A stretch of DNA of 64,000 nucleotides from Octopus vulgaris (taxonomy: Eukaryota). The DNA lies in the NCBI GenBank assembly GCA_951406725.2, contig OX597825.1:8742001-8806000 (forward strand), in the 5' to 3' direction. Position 1 is the stretch's first letter. Every line of letters begins with the position of its first letter. The notes beneath the pieces were generated by a model. That model did no database searches and was not told where the DNA came from. It saw only the letters and a program-made list of their open reading frames with translations. This document shows positions 27,788 through 40,686 of the stretch, piece after piece. Position numbers and translations under genes: made by a program.

Positions 27788-28569
27788 AATATATACATGT
27801 GTGTGTTTCTGTGTCTGTTTGTATGTGTATATATGTACGTTTGTATGTAAGCGTATATTATGTATGTCCGTTTGCAGTTATCTTTATCCTAAACAGTCTC
27901 TAGACAAAGACTAGGTCACATGGCTGTTTTATTATTGATCTTGACAACGACAGTCGTGAAATCTGAGTGTATTAATGGCACGATGACAAAACTATATAAT
28001 AAACAGAAAATGAATATTGTCTCAGAGTCGTCCTTTGATAGCAGATGAAAAATCTGGTTTATGTATTTAGTGACACACTTCTATTGATAACAAGCGTTTC
28101 ATATCTATTTTATCCATTGTTACCTGGCCATGACTGTAACAACAATACCCTGGCGTTTTATTTTTTACATGAAACACAAAGAAATAAGAAAAATTAATAC
28201 TACGTTTGGTGATAAGTACCTTTAATTAATATTGTACGATGATGGTGAAAGAGATGCAGACAGCTGGTAACAACAATAAAAAAAATTCATTATCCAAATT
28301 GTTTTCTCTCCTTTCCGATAGTGGCTATTTATCTTTCTTTTATCTTACCCTCGTCGGTGAGATATACACGCCATGTTCTGAATTAGATTAAGGGTGAAAT
28401 ATAATTTCCAACGAGAAATATCTATCAGCTGGAGGAAACGTTCTTGCAGCAAACTAGACTGAATGGTGTATTTAGCGATATCGTGTATTTTTTCTCGTTA
28501 CTATGAAGATATGTTGGTGTGTGTGTGTATGTGCGTTTGTGTACATATTCTGTATTATGCACGAGTGGT

Positions 28570-28870
28570 CTTATGTGTACGTATGTATGCATGCATCCAT
28601 GTATGTATGTATGTATGCATCCATGTATGTATGTATGTATGTGTGCATGCATGTATGCATGCATATATGTATGTATGTATGTATGCATCCATGTATGTAT
28701 GTATGTATGTGTGCATGCATGTATGTATGCATGTATGTATGTATGTGTGTATGTATGCATGTATGTATGTTTGCATGCATGTATGTTTGCATGCATGCAT
28801 GTATGTATGTATCTATGTATGCATGCATGTATGTAGGTATATATATATATATATATATACATATATACAT
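28570..28870. repeat. (TATG/CATG)n tetranucleotide satellite
   Basis: Direct inspection. Confidence 0.95.
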
Positions 28871-29681
28871 CTCGTAGTCAAGAGTTATTTCACTATATAT
28901 AAACAGAAAGAAGGATTTAGCTTGCTAACTATAGATAGTTACAATTGATTGATTAATTGTAACTCTTCTATCGTGAAAATATATACTTATGTTTATGGTT
29001 ACCCAGTGTTATCCCTTCGGAGCATCTGTTCTCTTCACTCAGTAACATGAGTGAAATTGACATATGTTCTCGAAGGATGGCAATTTCTAGAAAAAATGTC
29101 ATACGGATATCCGCTTTTCATCATAGACCAAACAATATTATATTTTATTCTATCTACTTTTAGTCTTTCTTATTAGGTCCGTTGGGGAAGTCGAATGCTT
29201 GTTGGCAACATGGTTGCTATATCGAATTTTGAAAAAAAGTCAGCAGAAACCTCTATGTATACATAAGCGCCTCCTCTTGCACTCACTGTGCATTGGGTAT
29301 CTTATGTTACAATGCGTTATTTAGTTTTTGTAAAAAGGTATGCACTTTCGTGACTCTCAGTACAATTGTTCTTTAGTACTCCACTGATTCGTTTCCCGAA
29401 TAAAAAATTATCACCCACGTACAGGTCATCATATCAATAGGCACACACATTCACTCACGTACACACGGACGTACACTTGCACTTATACGAACTGGCACCA
29501 CCCTCACATGTACACATATACATCCCTCTATAATAATAATAACAACAACAACAACAATAACAACAATAATAATAATAATAATAATGATGATGATGATGAT
29601 GATAATGATAATAATAACAATAATAATAACAACATCAAAAAATACTTTAGGAATGAGAACCCAGGTTCGAAATTTCCCCAA

Positions 29682-29727
29682 GACACCTAATGAAGGCTGG
29701 AGAGTATATCAGCCGAAACGTTGTGTT
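29682..29727 (+). ncRNA. Minimal type I hammerhead motif, one core mismatch, in a pLTR-like repeat (29635-29780)
   Basis: GACAC-CTAATGA-A-GGCTG-(10 nt)-CAGCC-GAAAC-GTT-GTGTT; stems I and II intact; G5 changed to A. Confidence 0.65.
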
Positions 29728-30685
29728 AACAACAAACAAGATGAGGACAAATATCCGTTAAATGTAAATAATTTAAATAATATTTTATTCGAAGAAACTT
29801 TTGTCTAGCAATCATGCAACTCGAGAAAACACTGAAATTCAATTCACTGCGCGGGGTGAGCTTTGAGTGCAGGAATGGATAGATGACATCTTTATATACT
29901 GAGTAATAATAGGTAAGCGGCAGAGGCGAAACCCATCAGAATTTGCAGTCCAGTTATATTCTGTTTTGCCAGTATTTCGTAAGAGAAGACTAAGTCAAAT
30001 GGTATTACCTTGATTTGTTTTTACAATAGTATGCCCTGTCTTCCTAAAACATTAGAATCAATATTTTGATTTCGATGAACAAGAAGTTATACAAAATCTA
30101 ATTTTTCTAACATGTTTCCTGTGACGATTCTATTCCGCTGCGCTTTCATACGAAGAGCCAGACTCACAATTTTGTTACCATTTTCCAATTTTAATATTTT
30201 CACTGATATAATGTTGAAAATAATTAATTTGAATCAATGAATAATAAAATTCTCAGAAATATTTATCATCTCCCGTTTGCATATAAAATATGACCTTGAA
30301 TTCTTGAATTAATATGAAACTATTTTCAACGGAATTTCATTATATTCTAGAAATACGGTGCGTTTATTATATTGTATGCCACACAGAAATATACTCCTTT
30401 GAAGTATATTGTGTATGTTGTTTGAAGCTAACATCTATATAAATATCCAGGCGTTGTTATCGATGTATGCATGTATATATGTTAATAGGTATGCACTGTA
30501 TATACACAAGTCACTGAAACACGGATATATGTTTATGGTTATATTTATTTATGAATGTACCCATATGTATAAAATATGTATCTCTGAGTATGAGTAAAGA
30601 CATATAACTATAAATATGCATGTACTTAAAATGTTTTTGCATGAGTGTACTTGCGCACATGCGCGCACTTTATTTGCCTTTTACT

Positions 30686-30772
<87 letters not shown>

Positions 30773-30953
30773 TGTCTGCGTGTATGTGTTTGTGCGACTG
30801 TTTTTGGTGTGTTTGTATGTATCTCTGTGTAGGTGTTTGGGGTTTTGAGATGACGTAGGTTATTCGGCACAGATTTTAGACTTGAATCGCGTTTATGCCC
30901 ACTTGAGATCTATCTTCTATTTTAGTCAGGACATTTAAGTGTTGAATTTTTTT

Positions 30954-31114
30954 GCATAGGAGTGGCTGTGTGGTAAGTAGCTTGCTAAAGAACCACATGA
31001 TTCCGGGTTCAGTCTAGCTGCATGGCACCTTGGGCAAGTGTCTTCTACTATAGCCCCGGGCTGACCAAAGCCTTGTGAGTGGATTTGGTAGACGGAAACT
31101 GAAAGGAACCCGTC

Positions 31115-31157
<43 letters not shown>

Positions 31158-31172
31158 TGTATATATATATAG

Positions 31173-31208
<36 letters not shown>

Positions 31209-31430
31209 TTCTATGTCTGTGTTTGTCCCCCCCAACATCGCTTGGCAACCGATGCTGGTGTGTTTACGTCCCAGTAACTTAGCGGTTCTGCAAAAGAGAC
31301 CGATAGAATGAGTACTAGGCTTCCGAAGAATAAGTCCTGGGGTCGATTTGCCCGACTAAACGCGGTGCTGCAGCATCGCCACAGTCAAATGACTAAAAAC
31401 AAGTAAAAGAGTAAAAGAGAGTTAAAGAGA
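30954..31430 (+). mobile_element. CORE-like SINE, full length
   Basis: Same family; internal (TA)n(TG)n. Confidence 0.92.
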
Positions 31431-32846
31431 ATTAATGCAAATCTAAGCAGAGACGGATTGTATTCTAATAATCTACATTTGTTACGAGAGTGTAAATTAA
31501 CATATCTCACATTTCATACCATGTTGCCTTCCATATGTCAAGTAAATTCTTGTAGTAAAAGTGTGTCCGAATCCATCCAGGTAATATGCGGTTGCCCATG
31601 CACCGTTAGATATCCCTATCACAAGTGACGCACTTTAATTACTCTGATATTTCATGTTTGCTGCACTCGACTTCTATATTAAACAGGTACTTTGAATGCT
31701 TTTTTGCCACGTTTAGCACACGTGTTTCACTTTCATAATTTTGTTACATCAATTTAATAGGATTGCTGTTGTTCTGGGTAATGGATGGTGTGATAGCTCC
31801 ACCGCTGTTAATGCTTTCGTCATTGTAGTCCACTCAGATATTTTTTCGAGGCGTTACAAAAATAGAAGTTACAACAAAACATACTACAGCACATGACTAT
31901 TCGTTCGATTTAATTGTAGTGTCCATTCAGATCCTAATAAGCGAGGATAAAGTTTTCAACTCATGGAACAGTTTTCTATATTAAATCTTTTGAAAACTAT
32001 ATAAAATAGTTTCAACGAATCATGGATATTTACACGATGTTATTTTTATGCAGCAGACATGCTGAGAATTTGTAATATTTCCAGTGCGTGCCTAGGAAAT
32101 TTTGCAATAGCAATATTTATAAAAAAATATTTTCAGTTCAACATTATTTTATTTGTTCTCAAGCATCGTGGCCCTTTTGAAAGCATATAATTCATAAAAT
32201 GTGAACGCTGGAACTTTATACATTTACGGAGAATATACAATGTAATCACAAATACTGAACAATTACACAGAAAGTTTAAGTAAATTAGTTATTCTCAAGT
32301 TGAAATTTATATATATCGACCATAAAGTACTCGCGTTTTTAAGAAATATATTATAAAGTTATTCGTGAAATGGAATTCAGCATCAATAAATGATATGAAT
32401 CTCTTAAGGAAAACAAAACTGAACAGAGAGGAATAAACTGCGAAAAACAATTAAATTATAATTTCCTTTTCCGAATAGCAAATGTAACACATCATACCAC
32501 TTAGGACTAATTTAGGTTATTAATATATATATATATGTATGCATGTGTGTGTGCATGTATGTATATATATACTATGATTATTTGTTATGCAAAGGTTTCA
32601 CAGCATTATTACAACAAATTATGACAAAGTAGGTAATGTCATACGTTGGAAACTATTCTTTCGAAACATAACGGTTTGCTTTAAGAAATAGATCAGACCG
32701 AGAAACATAGATATGAAAGCGACATCAGCACAATATCTTACAGTCGAACGAAACATGCACAAGATTGCTTGCATCTTTTGACATAAACACTCAGTTATTC
32801 TTATACACTCACACACACACATACATATATATATATCATAATTATA

Positions 32847-32949
<103 letters not shown>

Positions 32950-33054
32950 TTTACTGATATACGGGTAAATGATTATTAATTTTAAAATTAATAATTATTA
33001 CCAAGTAGTTTCGGTATGGAAAGAGAACCATTATCGGTAGGTACTTTTACAAAA

Positions 33055-33116
<62 letters not shown>

Positions 33117-33277
33117 GTGTTAAGCAACAAGGTGCTTAACTACATACCAACAATTTAGAAATAGCAGCCAAAGAACGCTTATTCCTATTTACTACAGATA
33201 TAGCTTCACATATAACGTTACTTGTAACTCACATAGTCAAAGTAAAGAAAATAACGAAATCAAAGAGTCTTCGGTCA

Positions 33278-33336
33278 GTTATGGACGCGTTTCTGGGTTA
33301 GAATTATAAAGAACTCATTCCCGTCCTCAGTACAAC
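33278..33336 (-). ncRNA. Minimal type I hammerhead motif with canonical core
   Basis: Reverse complement GTTGTA-CTGAGGA-cGGG…CCCa-GAAAC-GC-GTC-CATAAC; CUGANGA, GAAA and GUC intact; palindromic ACGCGT stem III; mismatches at base of stems I and II. Confidence 0.7.
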
Positions 33337-33420
33337 AATCCAATAAATTATAGATTTGCAAATGCTATTAACCTACCTCTTGTATCCCGATCCCGTGCCA
33401 TCGGAAATAGCAGAAGATAG

Positions 33421-33577
33421 TCAGCACATCCAAATCCATACAGACGAATGAATTCGCATTTTCCCTCCAAGATTACCATGTGTGTCACACATTTCTGCGG
33501 TACTCTTTCGTGACACACATGGTAATCTTGGAGGGAAAATGCGAATTCATTCCACTGTATGGATTTGGATGTGCTGA
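33421..33577. repeat. Hairpin with 68-bp arms and 21-nt loop
   Basis: 33421-33488 vs 33510-33577, only two adjacent mismatches. Confidence 0.95.
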
Positions 33578-33699
33578 GAGCAGATAAAGAGGCATTGATT
33601 AAAAAAAATACGAAGGCAAGCTCAAAAGCAAAGGAACGGCCTGAATACTCTACAAGATAGAGCACATCTTCCAAAAGCAATGCTCCTTCACATGTAATG

Positions 33700-34410
33700 G
33701 AAGGAGAATAGCGAACAGTTCAAAAATGTTTTTCCTGCCCCTTTAGGTTACAGGCAAGTGAACAACCCAGCTGAGTTCACTGCCACTTCACTGGTAGCCA
33801 AGGAGACGATAGTAATTGATGACATCGATATTAAAGAAGATGCGACACTGACCATAGATCAGACAGACGCAGACACAGCTGCTGGTCCTGATGAATTCCC
33901 AGCAACCTTCCTCAAATCATGCAAACGAGCACTTGCAAAACATTTGCAGCTTCTTTTTCAAAGCTTTCTTGCAAGTGATAAGCTCACAAGTAAATTGAAA
34001 GAGGGAATACTCTAGCCTCTGCATAAAAGAGGAATCAAAGCTGATGCTAAAAGATTTTATGTCTATCTCTCTGATTGCACACATCAGCATATTAATATTT
34101 AGCAATGTTAGAACGAGAGAACATTAACCCACGATGGCCTCAGATTCATTGATTCCTGTTCCCATCTATGGTTACCACACAGGATAAAATTAAGAGTGAA
34201 AGTCGAAGCAATCCAGAGCAGTTAGACGAAGGGCGTCTCAATGCGACATGTCAGCTTCTGCGAAAGGCTGGCAAAGTAAAGGTGCTACTTCTTAGAACGA
34301 AGGCACTGATATACATATTGAAAATACCAAGCGCTCGCATCGAAAGTCACATAAATAGCCGTACGGGAGGTCACTGAATTAATATTCACGGTCCCATACT
34401 TTTTAAAAAA
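33700..34410 (+). mobile_element. Decayed CR1-group LINE RT with large internal deletions
   Basis: AAGPDEFPATFLKSCKRALAKHLQLLFQSFLAS…LKEGIL*PLHKRG (RT N-terminus), then EAIQ, IYILKI…NSRTGGH and GPILF C-terminal remnants. Confidence 0.8.
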
Positions 34411-34413
34411 GAA

Positions 34414-34796
34414 GTGGAAGCACTCCGTCGGTTACGACGACGAGGGTTCCGGTTGATCCGATCAATAGAACAGCCTGCTCGTGAAATTAACGTGCAAGTG
34501 GCTGAGCACTCCACAGACACGTGCACCCTTAACGTAGTCCTCGAGGAGATTCAGCGTGACACAGAGAGTGACAAGGCCGGCCCTTTGAAATACAGGTACA
34601 ACAGAAACAGGAAGTAAGAGTGAGAGAAAGTTGTGGAGAAAGAGTACAGCAGGGATTACCACCATCCCCTACCGTAGCCTCGTAGAGCTTTAGGTGTTTT
34701 CGCTCAATAAACACTCACAACGCCCGGTCTGGGAATCGAAACCGCGATCCTATGACCGCGAGTCCACTGCCCTAACTACTGGGCCAATGCGCCTCC
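34414..34796 (-). mobile_element. tRNA-derived SINE (third family), full length with TSD
   Basis: Head GGCGCATTGGCCCAGTAGTTAGGG…GGTTTCGATTCCC; flanks ACTTTTTAAAAA(A)GAA duplicated; near-identical to 55618-56001. Confidence 0.92.
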
Positions 34797-35633
34797 ACTT
34801 TTTAAAAAGAAATATTCTATGACAAGGAATAAACTTCAACACCTTTATTTTTCGCAGTCTTCCAGTCCATGCCAAATTTGCTATCAAGAAATTAGACCAT
34901 CTCTCGCCTGATGTTCAACTTCCGAAGTCTTCTGTTGGTTCTATCTCACTACGGAACTTTATAAAAATTCTTTCTTTAGATTATTCCATATTTTTTCTTG
35001 TGCACAATAATTTTCTTTTTCCTTTAATTTTGATTTATACCCTTTTCTCTGTTTGTCCTATTTCCTCGTTAGGTTTCCTGTCTGTCCGCCCATGGATTAG
35101 TCAACACACAAATGTTTAACTTAGTGTACCTTTCAACTGCTTCTTTTGTCAGTAAACACTAACTTTATTTTCTCTCCAGTAATGTAAATAAAACATCGGT
35201 CCTTAACTTTGACTTAGCGCCACTAAACTATTAAAACTTACTGCATACAATGTTTTCTATATCCCAGAGTTTTATTAACATACTATCTCAAAGTGAGTGT
35301 CATGGACATATCATTTGTGCATTACCTTATATTATATCTGAGAATTTTAAGCGTATCGACCAAAGGATAGTTTTTGAATTATACCGCAATTCTTGGTGTT
35401 GTCGCTTGACTTAATACAAGTGACTCTCCTGGTAATTATTCTCATAATTGCTTAGGATTTCTTCGAGAAGACACTCTATTCTGTGAGTGGGCGATCGCAG
35501 TCTTTCGAAGTTACAGTTCATTTCTACATTTTCTGGTTTACATGTTCATATAATGCATGCTTAACATTTTAGTAGTTTCAATATATACTACTCTGCCTGT
35601 AGTTGTCTTGCGGCTATACCTATTTATTTACTA

Positions 35634-36016
35634 CTAGCAGTATCGCCCGGCGTTGCTCGGGTTTGTAAGGGAAATAACTATAAAGCATTTTTAGAGAGTT
35701 ATAGCCAAAAAATAGCCAAAAAATGGAAAAAAATGATGGTAAATTTTTTTGAAAGTGAAAAAAGGTGGAGTTGCGTCCCCTAGACAGTTTGCGGTTTGTG
35801 TTTCTGATTCTCGACCCCATGTCGAATTTATCGATTTTTTTCAGAACTGGGGGAACTTTTCAAAATTTTCGCTACGTTAGTTTTGAATTATGACATTGGG
35901 CTATGTGTGTGTCAAGTTTCATCAGAATCGGTTGAAAGCCGTGGTCAGGGTGAGGGTACAACCTGACAGACACACAGAAACACGCACAGACAAACTGCCG
36001 TTTATATAGAGAGAGA
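35634..36016 (-). mobile_element. Non-autonomous Helitron inserted into a SINE
   Basis: 5' TC, 3' CCCG-AGCAACGC-CGGG hairpin plus CTAG, A^T target. Confidence 0.88.
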
Positions 36017-36395
36017 TTCACAAGGGGCTAAACACAGAGAGGGCAAAGAAGGAGAGACAAACGAATTAAGTCGATTACATCGACCCCAATGCGTAACTGG
36101 TACTTAATTTATCGACCCCGAATGGATGAAAGACACAGTCGACCTCGTCGTCATTTGAACTCAGTACGTAGCGACCGACAACAAATACTTATTTCTTTAC
36201 TACCCACAAGAGGCTAACCACAGAGAGGACACACAAGGACAGACAAACGGATTAAGTCTATTATATCGACCCCAGTCCGTAACTGGTACTTATTTAATCG
36301 ACCTCGAAAGGAATTTGAACTCAGAAAGTAGCTGCAGACGAAAAACAGCTTAGCATTTCGCCCTGCGTGGTAACCATTCCGCCATCTCGCCGCCT
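36017..36395 (-). mobile_element. Meta-like SINE tandem dimer
   Basis: Two tandem units; extreme tail displaced to 35619-35633 by the Helitron. Confidence 0.88.
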
Positions 36396-37899
36396 TTCTT
36401 GCGTCTATACCAATATGCTTTACCCTATAAGCTTTAATGTCAGCAAAGCTGTTCTGAATAGGACAGTATGTACGGTCAGTACATACATATCCGCTACTAG
36501 AAGATACGAACTTGCATTTTATATCCGAAAAATTGATGCGATTTGTTTTGCAGCTACTATGAATTCTGATTATTCAGTTAGAGAGATAGAGAAATGACAG
36601 ACGAAGAGAATTTTAGGTGTGGGTCCTTATATGTGCTTCAACGCTAGTATGGATCATTCACAAAGCAAGCTGGAACCTAAAAAGATAAGATAAAATAAAA
36701 GCTAAAAATAATTTTTCTTGAAATGTGTGTAATTATTTTCTTTTATTAAATTAAATCATAAACATTCCTGCTGCCAAATCTAAAGTCAATTTTAAATTGA
36801 TAGTAATTATTTTCATATAATATTTTTCAATTTAATAATAATGTCTATATTGATGACATTTTTATGGTGTGGAATTCCGTGCAATTCAATTAATTCTTGG
36901 CAAACCGCCACTCCCACAAATTTTGCAATTTTAACTAAGGAACAACTGTTTTATTTCAAATTTTCAACTCTGTTGCTCTTAATTTAATTTACTTCCACAC
37001 AGTTGATTCAAGTTCAAGTCGGAGCATTCAACCTCAAGCTGTTTCTATACTTTGCTGATAAATTTAAGTAATATGTTATTTAATTTCTGGTGATGGGAGG
37101 ATTAGGAGAGGAAATTTAAAGAGACATTAAGGTTTTAATTTGAATTCCATGCATTATGTATACTACCAGAAAAATGCCCTCCGGGTGGTTTTCTGTTTCT
37201 CGCTCAATACCATTTATACATTTCATTCCTAATTTCCGTAATTTTTGCTTTATCTTACACCTAATTTTTATTTTTATCGTTTATTCGGGTAATGGCTCTC
37301 AGTCGCACAGTAAAGAAAGTTAGAATATTACCAAGAACTCAAAGACAACTTTAGAATTAATGAAGACCACCGACTGTGTTTACATACCCACGGTAATTAC
37401 TCTTCTTTAAACTCAAATGTATCTCATCTTCTAGGAGGTGGCTTAGTATGGAAGAAATAACAGGAACCAGGCGGTTATATACTAAGGCTTATATCATACA
37501 AACAACCTTACCAACATATCTATATCTGATTATTTATTATTTTCTGAATATGCCAGAGTGGAATTGTCCTCAAAAGAAATTATTTTCCGGCATGATTGTA
37601 ATCGATATCATCAAATCCTTAAACTTATAAGGAAACACATTCGGTGGAAAATGCTTTAGTTGAACGATTATTTGTTTGGCTTTAGTTTCTGTCTTTCCAC
37701 AGAGAAGAGTTTGAGGTTACATGTTATTCGGCACTGATATCCAATTTAAACTCAATTTAGAAGCTTTCAATATATCTCAATAATTACATCTCTTCACCAT
37801 CCGCAAGTGCAAATCCATGATATAATCAGCAAATTCTTAAATAAATTTGATCCAGTTTCGAGAGTATAGCACATTATCCACTTCAGGACGACGTTGAAG

Positions 37900-38340
37900 A
37901 GGATGAAGTAGGAGAAATAGACTTGTGTAAACCGACAGTGGTGAGGAACCGGCCTAGTATAGTGCTTTGTTTGGTGCAGCGATTCCTGTAGTAAAGTATC
38001 TTGCAACTGTTATCCTTTGCCGTTCTTCCTTCATAGAGGTACGTGGAGTATCATACCAACCGGTATCAATCTCGCTGTTACACACGATACAAACGTAACT
38101 GATTACAGTTTGGCTATGGAGGGTTGACTCAAAGAAGGCGTGGAGCAGTAAATGTCTTGAACTACTGATTTTAACGATGCCTGTTTGTTCCTAAGCTGCA
38201 TTTTTAGTTTTCTCAGCCAGCCAATAACCTACTCTGGCATGCTTAGGATGCACTATGACGAGCGATGACAACAATTTCTCTGCCTTTTCCGCTAGACAAT
38301 TTATTGCCGCTATCAAATCAAATATGGTCTATCCACCGCG
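37900..38340 (-). mobile_element. Highly decayed RTE-like RT fragment
   Basis: AEKLLSSL…RVGYWLAEKTK resembles AxxLLxxLExxxxxVGLxxNxxKT. Confidence 0.35.
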
Positions 38341-38416
38341 GTCCGGTAGTTTACCAAAACAACTTTCAACTACTATCGATCTACTATCGATTTATCTCTG
38401 TATCTAACAATCAAAC

Positions 38417-38468
<52 letters not shown>

Positions 38469-38474
38469 GTTCTT

Positions 38475-38544
<70 letters not shown>

Positions 38545-39959
38545 GATCTGTCTATCTATCTATCTATCAATCAATCTATCTAGCTATATATATATATATA
38601 TAATGTAGGATAAATTTTTTTCGAAAACAAATTCTATCAATGGCCAGCATATTAAAAAATACCTTTAAAGATCAAATTATAAACAACTCATAAATAAGGG
38701 CAAACGAAAATTTTTTTGCAGTAGCGTGCGTACTGGGGAAAAAATTATATGGTAAATGGACAATAGGTCCAATTTTCGGCATATTTGGCATTAGAATTTG
38801 TTCGTTTGCCCTTATATATATATATATATTATATTCTCCATGATAACCACTGCAGGTAACATATTTCCACTTTGTATTTTACAGAGTTTGTAAAGCGGGG
38901 ATGTATATATTTCTGCTGAAGGCGTTACGCCATATCCCATCGTACCTATACCAATTACTGTTGTATGTTGCAATGTGGGGGGGGGGACTTTGTGGCACCA
39001 ATATTTTTACATGATTTCCTCACTTCAGCGGAAGCGACTGCAAGCTCTCTAACACTGAAGAAAATCTATCTTCCATGTTTATAGAATTTAGTAAACAAGT
39101 TTATTTACCGCTGTTTGTTGATGCCTGCCAAGTCAATATTAAATTGTCTTCAGTACTAATATTTTTTTCATTTGCTTACTCGTAATTTATGGCTAATTAT
39201 CTGTCTTTCTCTCTCGCTCTCCCCCAGCGTATATATATATATATATATATGCGTATGGGCACGTGTGCGTATATGTATGTGTCAGAGAGAACGTGTTGTG
39301 TGTGTATCTTTGTATGTATTAAGGTATGTATATTTGCATATATGTAGATATATATATATATATATACATACATACATGTATATCTCTATCTAGCAATATA
39401 TCTATAAATCTATCTATCCATACACACACACATATACACATTTATATATATATATATATATATAATTGCATCTATATGTAAGAATATATTCACCGAAATT
39501 TTGCATAATTGCATCGATTTATTATTCCTTTAATTCATCATCAGACTTCATTTCCTCTCTTCAACAATAATTTAACGTCCATTACCTTCACGACGTAATT
39601 AGAGTCTGAGTCACACACAGCCGTCTCTCTTTTTCAGTACATGTCTGATGTAAAGGATATACTGACAGCGTATTGATATCAATGTTGTCTTGTGATGAAA
39701 AACAAAACGCTTCCAATCTAATGTTTTCCAATCAACAACACAAATTATTCAAAATGTTTTTTTTACCATAAACATACTGTATGATTTTGGTGATTCATAT
39801 ATATAGAGCTTATTTGTGCATTCCAGTAACTACCCAGTAGTATTTTGTATTGTTTTTCTCTTTCAATATTCCTATGCAAACGTTTGTGGGATTGACACAG
39901 AACATGTAACACATACTTAGTGTCAATTATATCAATATGCCTGTCTCCATATACTCGCC

Positions 39960-40035
<76 letters not shown>

Positions 40036-40511
40036 TGTGTGTGTATATATATATATATTTCACACTGCCTGGAGGGTTTGTTGTTTCATTTTATTTAACA
40101 CATACACACACACACATACACACACACACATATATATATATATACATATATATGTATATATATATTAATACAATTTAGGTAAATATACATATATAAACAC
40201 ATATATAGACAAGGTGGGGAGAAATATCCGTGAAATGTAAATAATGTAGGTTGAACGACATTCTTTATTTAAATTCACTGCCCCAAATTATTTTTATACT
40301 CATATGAAATTGGTGAGATTATATAATTAACTTTCTTGTTTAATCACTGTCATCCCTCAATGGTGCAAGGTATGTTTCTTCAGATGATTATTTCAGATAA
40401 GTACTTCGTTTGGCCATAATATATGGTCAAACATTGTATGATGAGGAATACCCATAACTGTGTGTTAGTTTCCACAATTTGCAGTCAGGATTAAACGCAG
40501 TAAATTCGCGG

Positions 40512-40686
40512 GCAGGGATTAAGTCAATTGCATCCACTCTATTGCTCTAATGGTACTTATTTTATCATCCCAGGGAGGAATGGAAGGCAAAGTCGATCTT
40601 GGTGGAATTTGAACTCAGAACGTGAAGACGGATGCAATGCAGCTAGTGATTATGCCCGGAGTGCTAATGATTTTGTCAGCTCTCCA
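40512..40686 (-). mobile_element. Old Meta-like SINE
   Basis: GGAAGGCAAAGTCGATCTTGGTGGAATTTGAACTCAGAACG. Confidence 0.8.
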
